Shown one piece after another: positions 32,234 through 40,771 of a stretch of 64,000 nt of DNA. Below the pieces are notes generated by a model. The model worked only from the letters and a program-made list of their open reading frames with translations. It was not told the DNA's origin and ran no database searches. Position 1 is the first letter of the stretch. Each line of letters starts with the position of its first letter. The position numbers were made by a program, and so were the translations under genes. Source of the stretch: an uncultured bacterium (lineage in GTDB: Bacteria; Chloroflexota; UBA5177; JANWHV01); assembly GCA_963729625.1 (NCBI GenBank), contig CAVSOU010000008.1, positions 32,001-96,000 of the forward strand, given 5' to 3'.

Positions 32234-33106
32234 TCAGACCCCCGGCAAGTAGAGATCCCGAAGCGGCAGACTCCACTTCTGAAGAATGGCGCCTATCGTA
32301 CCGTCATCTCGTAACTCGCTCAGGGCACGGGAGTAGGCAAAGTTCAGCGTACAGTCTGCCATACGCAGTCCGAACCTTGCGTAGCTGTAGCCGTATGTCT
32401 GGATCAAGTCGCTCGGTGGCGGAATGTTAAGCTCCTGTATATTCGCCCCTGGGTTTTGCTTGAGGAATGCAGAGTACTTGGGATCGTCTTCCAGAATGAC
32501 TGTGACCTTTCCCTGAATGACGCTGAGAAATTCACCGGTATTCTCTGCAAACTCAATCGGCTTTATTCCGAGGTGAGTCATATACTCATCGGAGGCGCTC
32601 CCCGTATTCACGCCCACGACCACGCCGGACCGCTTCAGGTCTGCGTATGATGTAATCTTTCCCGGGTTCCCTTTTTGCACAATGAGTGATGGTCCGTACC
32701 ACCAACCGGGGCCGCTGAAGCTAATTACCTTGTTGCGCTCGGGAGTCTCGTGGATGTCATCCGCTATGACGTCAATTCGTCGCGAGAGCAAGGCTGGAAT
32801 TAACGATGGGAACGGCATTATCTGGTAGTGTATGGTCTTGATTCCGGCCCACTGTAAGGCGGCTACGTTGATATCCCAGTCAATTCCCGTTGGCTGCTTC
32901 GATTTAGGGTCGAGATAGGTCGTCGGGTTGTCGGGTGATATTCCAAGTGTGATGCCGTTCTTGGCCGCCTGCTGGTAGGAATTGTCCGTGCATGCGAAGT
33001 TGGGAGCGATACTGGGGAACTGGGAATTGGCGCGTGTGGCGTGGGCTGGGACAGCCATGGAAAATACTAGGAACAGTCCTAGCGGGACGATACTGATCCT
33101 ACGCAT
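32234..33106 (-). CDS. Family-3 (polar amino acid/opine) ABC substrate-binding protein
   Basis: Signal peptide; G.D.DI, FPSLIPALLSRRIDV, TPER.KVISFS. Confidence 0.88.
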   Translation of the reverse strand: MRRISIVPLGLFLVFSMAVPAHATRANSQFPSIAPNFACTDNSYQQAAKNGITLGISPDNPTTYLDPKSKQPTGIDWDINVAALQWAGIKTIHYQIMPFPSLIPALLSRRIDVIADDIHETPERNKVISFSGPGWWYGPSLIVQKGNPGKITSYADLKRSGVVVGVNTGSASDEYMTHLGIKPIEFAENTGEFLSVIQGKVTVILEDDPKYSAFLKQNPGANIQELNIPPPSDLIQTYGYSYARFGLRMADCTLNFAYSRALSELRDDGTIGAILQKWSLPLRDLYLPGV

Positions 33107-33479
33107 AAGTCTCTCCTTGTAAGTTGCGGCTAGGGTCCCATGTCAAATAGCGTCGCGCGTTCGGCCGTTACAGCCGGGCTTGACCGCGCGTACCTAAGGG
33201 CCGCGCGACTTCGCTTCGTTCAATCGGGTGCGGCACGCGTGGGTCGAGTGGTGCGCGGAACACAACTTAGCGGCGCGACCTAGAAGGCTTCTTCGCGACG
33301 ATATGTCTGCTTGAACACGCGCGTTGCCCACATCCACACTCGTTTGTCGCTAAACTGTCCGGCCCATTACGACGCGACTTGCCGAGACAGCGACTGACCG
33401 AGGCTTGACACAGACCGCGAATTACGGCCAAACTGCTCGCATAGCACACTAAGATGGCGATTTGTTTCGCGTTACGCGC

Positions 33480-33508
33480 ATACTAGCATCCAGTCTGAGG
33501 GCTGTCAA
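33480..33508 (-). promoter_or_regulatory. Sigma70 promoter of the ABC transporter-enolase operon
   Basis: Minus strand TTGACA-17 nt-TAGTAT with extended TG; palindrome CGCGTTACGCG at 33468-33478 over the predicted start site. Confidence 0.7.
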
Positions 33509-33701
33509 GCCCGCATCAACTCGGCCCAGGGTCATGTCATTGTCGCCAACAGCCGATCAGAGGGGAGATTGTCACGGGGGGCGGTGCGCCTGGTCGACGG
33601 GCAGAAGCTTGTGTCCTCATGACGGGCGACCACCTAGCGGGAGGGTGGCGAGGCAACGGACGCGCGGGCGATCCATGCAGACACGTCCAAACCGGGATCC
33701 G

Positions 33702-33730
33702 TTGACACCCCTTAACGATTCGCGTAGAAT
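33702..33730 (+). promoter_or_regulatory. Sigma70 promoter of the IclR operon
   Basis: TTGACA(33702-33707)-17 nt-TAGAAT(33725-33730). Confidence 0.75.
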
Positions 33731-34026
33731 CTACAATCATTTGCTATGCGATCGTCGTTGGCATAGTTTGTTCGACAAATGTGCACAATTAGGGCACGCA
33801 ATCCGAATGGTGGCGAGAAGCCGTGACAGTTTGGTCCGATCCGGGATTGACTTTCGTGAGCGAGCCGGCCAGCGGATAATGTCCGCAAACACCGAGAGAT
33901 GCCGTCAGGGAAATCACGGGCTACGCCCAGTCTGAAGGATGATGTTGTTTCGGCAGCTGCATATTGCCCGAGCAGGTTTGAACAGTGCTGCTGTAGGTTG
34001 AAGAACCTGCAAAGACGAGGTGATGG

Positions 34027-34827
34027 ATGGCCGACATCGAACTGGCCCCGCGCAGCGGTCTGAAGACGGTGGAGAAGAGTCTTCGCATTCTCGAGCTGTT
34101 ACTCACCGAGAAGGGCGGCATGAGTATCGCCCAGATCGCGCGACGCACCGGCATGCACAGGGCCAGCGTGCACCGCCTGCTGACGTCGTTGCATGCTCTG
34201 GGCTGGATTGAGCGGCCTGCCGCTCGGCCCCATTTCCGCATCAGCCTGCGTTTATATGCGCTGGCCCGGGTCTTCGTAGAGAGCTATAACCCGGTGGAGC
34301 GCCTGGATCCGTTGCTGACAGAGCTGTGCATGCGCTCGCGCGAAACCGTGCACCTTGGTATCCTGGACCGCTTCGAGGTGGTGCACATCGGCCGGCAGGA
34401 GAGTCCTGAGCGAGTCGGCGTGTCGTCGCGGATCGGCGGCCGCGGCTGGGCACATACGAGCAGCATGGGGAAGGCCCTTCTCGCCGAGCAGTCGGACGAC
34501 TTCCTGCGCAGCTACATTCAGGAGACCGGCCTTCCCCGCATGACGGAAAACACCATCGTGACCGCCGAGGCGTTCTGGAAGGAGATGGCCATCGTCCGCC
34601 AGCGCGGCTTCGCGCTCGACGACGAGGAGGACGCCATCGGTGTGCGCTGCTTGGGCACCAGAGTCCCGTCTACCCACGGTCCCGCGGTGCTCGGCGTCAG
34701 CATCACGGGACCTTCACCGCGATTTACTCGCGAGGCGGCATGCCAGTTCGCGCCGATTCTGCTTGACTCGGTGCGGCGCGTCGCCGCTTCCGGCATTATC
34801 CCTGAGGAGGCTGCGAGCTCATCATGA
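34027..34827 (+). CDS. IclR-family transcriptional regulator
   Basis: TVEKSLRILELL HTH, ETVHLGIL, AHTSSMGKALL, RGFALDDEE..GVRC, SITGP..RF. Confidence 0.93.
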   Translation: MADIELAPRSGLKTVEKSLRILELLLTEKGGMSIAQIARRTGMHRASVHRLLTSLHALGWIERPAARPHFRISLRLYALARVFVESYNPVERLDPLLTELCMRSRETVHLGILDRFEVVHIGRQESPERVGVSSRIGGRGWAHTSSMGKALLAEQSDDFLRSYIQETGLPRMTENTIVTAEAFWKEMAIVRQRGFALDDEEDAIGVRCLGTRVPSTHGPAVLGVSITGPSPRFTREAACQFAPILLDSVRRVAASGIIPEEAASSS

Positions 34828-35663
34828 TCGACATCCACTCGCATGTCTGGGAATACCCGGGTCACATCGGCCAGCATTTTGCGGACGATTGCCACGCCGC
34901 GTGGGGCGACAGCGTGCCGCCCGGCACGACGCTCGAGGCACACTGGGAGGCGATGCGCCCCGTACAACGCGCCGTTGTCTTCGGCCTACAAGCCCGTGCC
35001 TCCGACGTGTGGGTGCCGAACGAGTATGTCGCCGGCTACGTGGCCCAGCACCCCGAGAAGCTAATCGGCTTCGCCAGCGTCGATCCCAGCGATCGCACGG
35101 CGCCGGCGGAGCTCGAAGGCGCTGTCAAAGAGCTCGGACTCCGCGGGCTCAAGCTCGGACCGATCTATCAGCACGTGGATCCCAATGGCGCCAACTGCTA
35201 TGCGGTGCTGAAAGTCGCGCAGCGGCTGCGCCTGCCGGTTATCTGGCACCAGGGCACGACCTTCGTGCGTCAGGCGCCGCTGAAGTACGCCCGGCCATTC
35301 CTGCTCGACGAAGTCGCCTCGAGCTTCCCGGACCTCACGATCGTGGTGGCGCACCTTGGACATCCGTGGATCGACGAGGCCATCGCCGTGGCGCGAAAGC
35401 ACCAGCGTGTCTTTCTGGACGTCTCGGCGCTGGTCACGCGGCCCTGGCAGCTCTTCAACGGGCTGATCAGCGCCCGGGAGTACGCAATCAGCGGGAAGCT
35501 GCTCTTTGGGTCCGACTTCCCGTTCTTCACGCCGCAGCAGACAGCCCAGGCCCTGCGGGCCCAGGCCGCTACCGAAGGTTCAGGTCCGGTGCCACATATC
35601 GAGGCTGAATGGATCGAGGCGCTGATCGAGCGTGACTCGCTGAGTCTGATCGGCCTCATGTAG
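34824..35663 (+). CDS. Amidohydrolase_2 family metal-dependent hydrolase
   Basis: IDIHSH, RGLKL, IWHQG, VAHLGHPW, LFGSDFP. Confidence 0.9.
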   Translation: MIDIHSHVWEYPGHIGQHFADDCHAAWGDSVPPGTTLEAHWEAMRPVQRAVVFGLQARASDVWVPNEYVAGYVAQHPEKLIGFASVDPSDRTAPAELEGAVKELGLRGLKLGPIYQHVDPNGANCYAVLKVAQRLRLPVIWHQGTTFVRQAPLKYARPFLLDEVASSFPDLTIVVAHLGHPWIDEAIAVARKHQRVFLDVSALVTRPWQLFNGLISAREYAISGKLLFGSDFPFFTPQQTAQALRAQAATEGSGPVPHIEAEWIEALIERDSLSLIGLM

Positions 35664-35774
35664 CCGGCTGAGACAGGCGCAGCCGGTAATGTCCCTGCCG
35701 GTCCGGATACCCCGGCGACGGCACCCGACCGCAGGCACGCAGTTCTACGGCGCGATCACGAAAGGGGAGAGCGA

Positions 35775-36944
35775 GTGCGCGTGACCGATGTGGAAGCGAT
35801 GGTGCTCGACACGGGAAAGGACTACGCCAATCCAGCTGAGGCGGTGGAGGCGCATGGCGTCCGCTTCGTCTCGCTTCTCAAGATCACCACTGATGAAGGC
35901 ATCACCGGCTGGTCCGATATTGAGACCCAACCCCATGTTGGGAAGGCCGTCGTCGACGCGCCATCGGGCGGCGCGATTGGGTTCGAAGGACTGCGGGCGG
36001 CGCTGCTCGGCGAGAATCCGCTCGAGCATGAGCGGATCTGGCAGAAGATGTACCGGTATCTCGCCTACTATGGGCGCCAAGGAGCCGGCATGCAGATGCT
36101 CTCGGGGGCCGACATCGCACTCTGGGACATCGCCGGGAAAGCGCTCAACCAGCCGGTCTGCTGCTTGCTCGGCGCCCGATATCGCGAGAAGGTGAAAGCC
36201 TATGCCTCTACGCTGTTTCGCCCAACTGCCGACGCTATGCGGGCGGCGGTCGTCGGCTATCTGGCGCAAGGTTTCCGGGCTATCAAGTTCGGATGGGGCG
36301 TCTTCGGCCAGGATCTGGCCCAGGACATCGCCCTGGTCAAGGCGGCGCGCGAAGAAGCCGGGCCCGACGTGGACCTGATGGTCGACGCCGGCTGGTACGG
36401 GACGGCTGCCCACGATCCGTACCGGCCGCGTTCGCTCAAGGACTGGCTCCGGCTAATCACGGCGCTCGAAAATCTCAATGTCTTCTGGCTCGAGGACTGC
36501 CTGCATCCCGAGCATGTCTCTGGCTATGCCGCCCTGGCTGCCCGGACGACGAGCCTGCGCCTGGCGGCGGGCGAGCAGTGCGCCGGTCTGACGGAGTTCG
36601 AACGGCTCGCAGACGAGGGTCGGATCGACGTCCTGCAGCCGGACCTGTCGCGCTGTGGCGGCCTGACAGCGGGGCGGCAGATCGCGGACCTGGCGATGCG
36701 ACGCCTGATCGACTGCGTGCCGCACGCTTGGCTGACGGATCTCCTCACGGCAGCGTCGCTGCATCTGAATGCGTACCTCATGCACTCGCTCTACCTCGAG
36801 TACAACGTCGCCTCGGCGTCGCTACTCAGGCGCTTGTGCGCGCCGCCATTTGCGATGGTCGACGGGTACCTTGCGGTCCCGGCCGGTCCCGGTCTTGGCG
36901 TCCAGGTCGATGAAGATATCGTGGAGCGTTTTCGAGTGCTGTAG
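35775..36944 (+). CDS. Mandelate racemase/muconate lactonising enzyme family protein
   Basis: TDEGITGW, DIALWDIAGK, IKFGWG, MVDAG, WLED, AGEQ, QPD, PH, GPGLG. Confidence 0.9.
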   Translation: MRVTDVEAMVLDTGKDYANPAEAVEAHGVRFVSLLKITTDEGITGWSDIETQPHVGKAVVDAPSGGAIGFEGLRAALLGENPLEHERIWQKMYRYLAYYGRQGAGMQMLSGADIALWDIAGKALNQPVCCLLGARYREKVKAYASTLFRPTADAMRAAVVGYLAQGFRAIKFGWGVFGQDLAQDIALVKAAREEAGPDVDLMVDAGWYGTAAHDPYRPRSLKDWLRLITALENLNVFWLEDCLHPEHVSGYAALAARTTSLRLAAGEQCAGLTEFERLADEGRIDVLQPDLSRCGGLTAGRQIADLAMRRLIDCVPHAWLTDLLTAASLHLNAYLMHSLYLEYNVASASLLRRLCAPPFAMVDGYLAVPAGPGLGVQVDEDIVERFRVL

Positions 36945-37007
36945 CTCCAACATATGACGAGAGAGATTGTATATCGCGGACTTGCGTGAAAAAGAGAGGA
37001 TGCTCCA

Positions 37008-37682
37008 ATGGTCGAGACCGATCGAGAGATTCGTGAGTTTGTCGAACAGCACCTTTACGTCGCAGCGGTGTGCGACATCCTGGACTTGCTCGGTTACCGC
37101 TGCCAGGCCATGCACCAGCGGCTGCGCCCGCTGCTGCCGGACCGCAAGAAGTGTGGATTTGTCGGTCGCGCGCGCACCGTACGCTGGATGGAGACTGATT
37201 ATGTTGACCAGGACGACCCCTATGGGCTGGAGATCGCGGCTGTGGATTCTCTGCGCGCGGGCGACGTCGTCGTGCATTCCACCGACCACAGCGGTTCGAA
37301 CGCGCCCTGGGGCGAATTGATGTCGACCGCCGCGAAAGTGCGGGGCGCGGTTGGCTGCATCTGTGATAGCCAGGTTCGGGATTGTGTGCAGATCATTGAG
37401 ATGGGCTTCCCGGTGTACTGCGCCGGTATCCGGCCGCTCGACTCGAAGGGCCGAGGCAAAGTGATGGCCTACGACGTGCCCGTCCGCTGTGCTGAGGTCC
37501 TCGTTCAACCAGGCGAGCTCATCCTCGCGGATTACGACGGCATCGTGGTAGTGCCGACCATGGTCGAGCAGGAGGTACTGCGCCTGGCCAAAGACCGCGT
37601 GGGCAAAGAGTCGCTCACCAGGGCCGCACTGCTGCGAGGCGACACGTTGCGCGACGTGTATGACCGGTACGGCGTGCTTTGA
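37008..37682 (+). CDS. RraA-like / HMG aldolase family protein
   Basis: VCDILD, GRARTV, WGELMSTAA..RG..G...D..VRD, V.PGELILADYDGIVVVP. Confidence 0.88.
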   Translation: MVETDREIREFVEQHLYVAAVCDILDLLGYRCQAMHQRLRPLLPDRKKCGFVGRARTVRWMETDYVDQDDPYGLEIAAVDSLRAGDVVVHSTDHSGSNAPWGELMSTAAKVRGAVGCICDSQVRDCVQIIEMGFPVYCAGIRPLDSKGRGKVMAYDVPVRCAEVLVQPGELILADYDGIVVVPTMVEQEVLRLAKDRVGKESLTRAALLRGDTLRDVYDRYGVL

Positions 37683-37723
37683 CGTGACTCACGCGGCGGG
37701 CCGCGCCGCGGTCTCGCGTGCGC

Positions 37724-38569
37724 TCAGCCGCGACGGGCGAGCACGATGCGCTCCACGGTGGACATGAGTAGAAAGATGACGATACCGGTCATCGTGGCGA
37801 CTATCACGACGGCCATCATCAGGGCGGTGTCGTACGATTGGTGGGCTCGATTCAGCAGGTTGCCCAGATTGTTGCCGCCACCAGCCACGTAGTCACCGAC
37901 GACCGCGCCGACCAAACTCAGCGTGCTGGTGATCCGCAGCGAAGCAAGAAGCGAGGGAATGGATGCCGGCCAGCGCAGCTTGAGAAAGATCTGCAGCCGA
38001 GAGGCATTGAGTACCCGGAAGAGATCGAGATGAATTGCGTCGACCATGCGCAGACCCTGGGTCATGTTGACGAGTGCTGGGAAGAAGGTAATCAGGAACG
38101 AGATGATGACCTGCGGCCAGATGCTATCGTTCGGCATAATGATCACCAGAATGGGCGACCACACGATGATTGGAATGGTCTGGATGAGCACCGCCAGAGG
38201 AAACATCGAGCGCTCCGCCAGTCGAGAGTGCACGAAAATCGTGGCGCCCGCAATAGCCAGCACGTTAGCCATCAAGAAACCCATGCCGGCTTCCTCGAGG
38301 GTGGTCAGTAAGCTCGACCCGAGGTCTGCCTTGTTGGTCCACAGGCTGTTGAGGGTGTCGTCGAGCCGCGGAAACAGGAATGGTGGAACCTTCTGCCACA
38401 CCACGAAGAATTGCCAGAAGCCCAGCACCGCGGAAACGGCCACTACCGGCAGCAGCACGTCCAGGACACGGTCTGCTACCAGCTTCCAGCGTATGTCGTG
38501 CCGGTGAGTGTCCCGCGCCACTCGCGTTCGCCCGCTCACACCTTCGAGCGTCTGTTCAATTTGACTCAT
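37724..38569 (-). CDS. NitT/TauT-type ABC transporter permease
   Basis: QTIPII.W.PI, FFP..VN..QGL, ASRLQIF.KLRWP, LVGAVVG. Confidence 0.9.
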   Translation of the reverse strand: MSQIEQTLEGVSGRTRVARDTHRHDIRWKLVADRVLDVLLPVVAVSAVLGFWQFFVVWQKVPPFLFPRLDDTLNSLWTNKADLGSSLLTTLEEAGMGFLMANVLAIAGATIFVHSRLAERSMFPLAVLIQTIPIIVWSPILVIIMPNDSIWPQVIISFLITFFPALVNMTQGLRMVDAIHLDLFRVLNASRLQIFLKLRWPASIPSLLASLRITSTLSLVGAVVGDYVAGGGNNLGNLLNRAHQSYDTALMMAVVIVATMTGIVIFLLMSTVERIVLARRG

Positions 38570-38588
38570 CTTTCAGACTCCATTCAAA

Positions 38589-39413
38589 CTAAACAGGCGC
38601 CGCGATTGGCTCTCCAGACGCGAGCGTCTTGCTCCGCGCCCAGGCATCGTCGAGATCCACCGGCCTGCCATCCAGCGCGGAGAGCACGTGCGTTTCCAGC
38701 TTGAAGAACTGTCCGGACCGACGCACGGACGGATCGCGGGGACGTGGGATCGGTACCGAAATGGTGTGGTAGAGATAGCCAGGTCTGGGCGTGAACACTG
38801 CTACCTGGTCACTGAGATAGACCGCCTCCGAGATGCTGTGCGTGACGAAGAGCACGGTGATGCCGGTCGACTCCCAGACTTGAAGGAGGGCCGCGTTCAT
38901 CTCGTCGCGTGTAATCTGGTCGAGCGCGCCGAAAGGCTCATCCATGAGCAGCACTTCGGGCTCTTGCAGCAGCGCGCGCGCCAGGGCAACGCGCTGGCGC
39001 TGCCCGCCCGACAACTGCGCCGGAAGCCTTCCGATGCAATCTCCCAGGCCGACCCGTTCCAGCATGTCCAGGGCGCGCTTGCGGCCGTCTTTGTCGAGCT
39101 TCCCCCCAAGCTCGAGGGGAAGCTCGACGTTTCGCGAGGAGCGGCGCCACTTGAGCAGCGCCGGCTCCTGGAAGACCATGCCAATCTTGCGCGCGGTGCG
39201 TGCCGCGCGCGGGGAGACACCGGCAATAGTAATCCGGCCTGCCTCCGGCTCCAGCAGGTCTGCCACGAGCCTGAGCAGGGTGGACTTGCCACAGCCGGAC
39301 GGGCCGATCAGCGAGACGAACTGTCCCGCCTCGACCGACAGATTGATGTCCCGCAGGGCACAGACGCCGTTGGGATAGCTGAACCGCACGCCCTGGCAGG
39401 AAATGGCGCCCAT
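38589..39413 (-). CDS. NitT/TauT-type ABC transporter ATP-binding protein
   Basis: GPSGCGKST, LSGGQRQR, MDEPFGALD, FVTHS..EA..LSD. Confidence 0.93.
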   Translation of the reverse strand: MGAISCQGVRFSYPNGVCALRDINLSVEAGQFVSLIGPSGCGKSTLLRLVADLLEPEAGRITIAGVSPRAARTARKIGMVFQEPALLKWRRSSRNVELPLELGGKLDKDGRKRALDMLERVGLGDCIGRLPAQLSGGQRQRVALARALLQEPEVLLMDEPFGALDQITRDEMNAALLQVWESTGITVLFVTHSISEAVYLSDQVAVFTPRPGYLYHTISVPIPRPRDPSVRRSGQFFKLETHVLSALDGRPVDLDDAWARSKTLASGEPIAAPV

Positions 39414-39414
39414 G

Positions 39415-40416
39415 TCAGTGCGCGGCTCCCAGGAACTGCGTGGTGAAGACGTCGCCGGCGGCAATAGGCGCCTTGATCTGCTTGTATTTGAGCAACAGGC
39501 CGATACCTGCCTGCCAGCGGGCGGCGGTCATCGTGCCGGTTGGCGCGTTCGGTTGAGAAGCGAGCTTGGCGAGCGCTTTCATCTCCTCCATCTGCTGCGA
39601 GACCGAGTCCTGGGGGTCAAGCTTGGGCACGACGAACTTGGCAATCTCGTCCGGGTGGGTCAAGGCATACTTCCAGCCCTTATCCATGATCGAGACGACC
39701 TTCTGCACCAGGGCGGGATTCGACGTGATCGTGCTGTCCGTGGTGAACAGCACGTCGCTGTAGAAGTTGTAGCCGTAGGCGCTGGCAGGGATGATGTTCA
39801 CATTGACGTGGTACTTCTGGGCAAGCTCGATCGGCTCATTCGTCAGATAGGCCAGGTAGGCGTCGACCTTGCCGGCCAGGAGCACCGTAGGATCGTACTG
39901 AACGACTACCGGCGATACGTCGCTCTCTTGCAGGCCGACCGCGTTGAGCATCGCGTCGAGCACGTATTTCTCGTGGCTTTGGTACCCGATACGTTTGCCC
40001 TTGAAGTCCTTCGGCGACTTGATGCCGCTCTTGGGCATGGTGATGAAGGCAAACGGTGACGACTCGCCCGATGCCCAGATGGCCTTCACCGGGATCTTGG
40101 CCGCGCGGCCGAGGATGAGGGAGGCACCGTCCTGGAAGCCGAACTGGTATTTGCCGGCGCCGACCAACACCACCGGATCCTGATAGCCGTCGTCATAGCT
40201 GCGCACCGAAACCTGCAGACCGGCCTGGGACCACCAGCCCTTTTCCTGGGCTGCCCAGATACCGCCGAATTCGACGTTCTTGATCCAGTTCAAAGCAATG
40301 GACACGTTGGTCGAGCTTGCGGCGTGGACCGCGGGCCCGGGAAGTGGATTGATGATGGCTGCCCCAACAAGGACTGCAAGAACTGCAGACCGAGACACAC
40401 AGCGCCGAATATTCAC
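39415..40416 (-). CDS. NMT1/THI5-like ABC substrate-binding protein, probably purine/nucleoside-related
   Basis: Signal peptide; LNW...EFGG.WAA..KG.W..AGL, PKDFKGKRIG, YLTNEP; downstream of purine-related riboswitches. Confidence 0.88.
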   Translation of the reverse strand: MNIRRCVSRSAVLAVLVGAAIINPLPGPAVHAASSTNVSIALNWIKNVEFGGIWAAQEKGWWSQAGLQVSVRSYDDGYQDPVVLVGAGKYQFGFQDGASLILGRAAKIPVKAIWASGESSPFAFITMPKSGIKSPKDFKGKRIGYQSHEKYVLDAMLNAVGLQESDVSPVVVQYDPTVLLAGKVDAYLAYLTNEPIELAQKYHVNVNIIPASAYGYNFYSDVLFTTDSTITSNPALVQKVVSIMDKGWKYALTHPDEIAKFVVPKLDPQDSVSQQMEEMKALAKLASQPNAPTGTMTAARWQAGIGLLLKYKQIKAPIAAGDVFTTQFLGAAH

Positions 40417-40479
40417 GGGAGTCGTCCATCCTTTTCTCTACCGCACGAGCAATTCCGAGCCCGTCCGGATCGTCGCGGA

Positions 40480-40540
40480 CAAAACGATAAGCCCGACTGG
40501 CAGTCCCACAGAAGTTGAGTGGAACCTGCCATCCGGGCTT
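40480..40540 (-). terminator. Riboswitch expression-platform terminator hairpin
   Basis: AAGCCCGGAUGGCAGGUUCCAC-loop-GUGGGACUGCCAGUCGGGCUU then AUCGUUUU; the 5' arm is the 3' end of the ykkC aptamer. Confidence 0.7.
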
Positions 40541-40667
40541 TTGTCCCCGTGGTGTAGCAAGGAGAACATCTCCTTGCCAGCATCGCTCGGTCCAGGCCAC
40601 CCTGCGGCCGCTGCCAAAGCGCAGCGAACGCGACCGCACGGCACGGAACCCTAGATGCACTTCCCTC
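40517..40667 (-). ncRNA. ykkC-family riboswitch aptamer, subtype 2, PRPP signature
   Basis: Minus strand GGAAGUGCAUCUAGGGUUCCG...CUGGACCGAGCGAUGC...ACACCACGGGGACAAAAGCCCGGAUGGCAGGUUCC; G at the PRPP/ppGpp discriminator; P0 pairing GGAA/UUCC. Confidence 0.85.
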
Positions 40668-40728
40668 GTAGCCAGGCGGTTTACGGCCGCCGATAGAAAC
40701 GCCGAGCCAATCCTCGAGCTTATACGAG
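40665..40728 (-). ncRNA. Purine (guanine-type) riboswitch aptamer
   Basis: Minus strand CUCGUAUAA-GCUCGAG-GAUUGG-CUCGGC-GUUUCUA-UCGGCGG-CCGUAAA-CCGCCUG-GC-UACGAG; P1 CUCGUA/UACGAG; C at position 74 equivalent. Confidence 0.88.
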
Positions 40729-40744
40729 TGTTTCGCTTACAGCA

Positions 40745-40771
40745 ACTATACCATCTTCCTCGGCCGGTCAA
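40745..40771 (-). promoter_or_regulatory. Promoter for the riboswitch leader
   Basis: Extended -10 TGG-TATAGT (40750-40745); TTGACC at 40771-40766 with a short 15-nt spacer. Confidence 0.5.

Noticed and set aside
40517-40667. Guanidine-I or ppGpp assignment of the ykkC aptamer
   Set aside because: A P0 extension, G at the discriminator position and tandem arrangement with a guanine aptamer favour PRPP; still needs an assay
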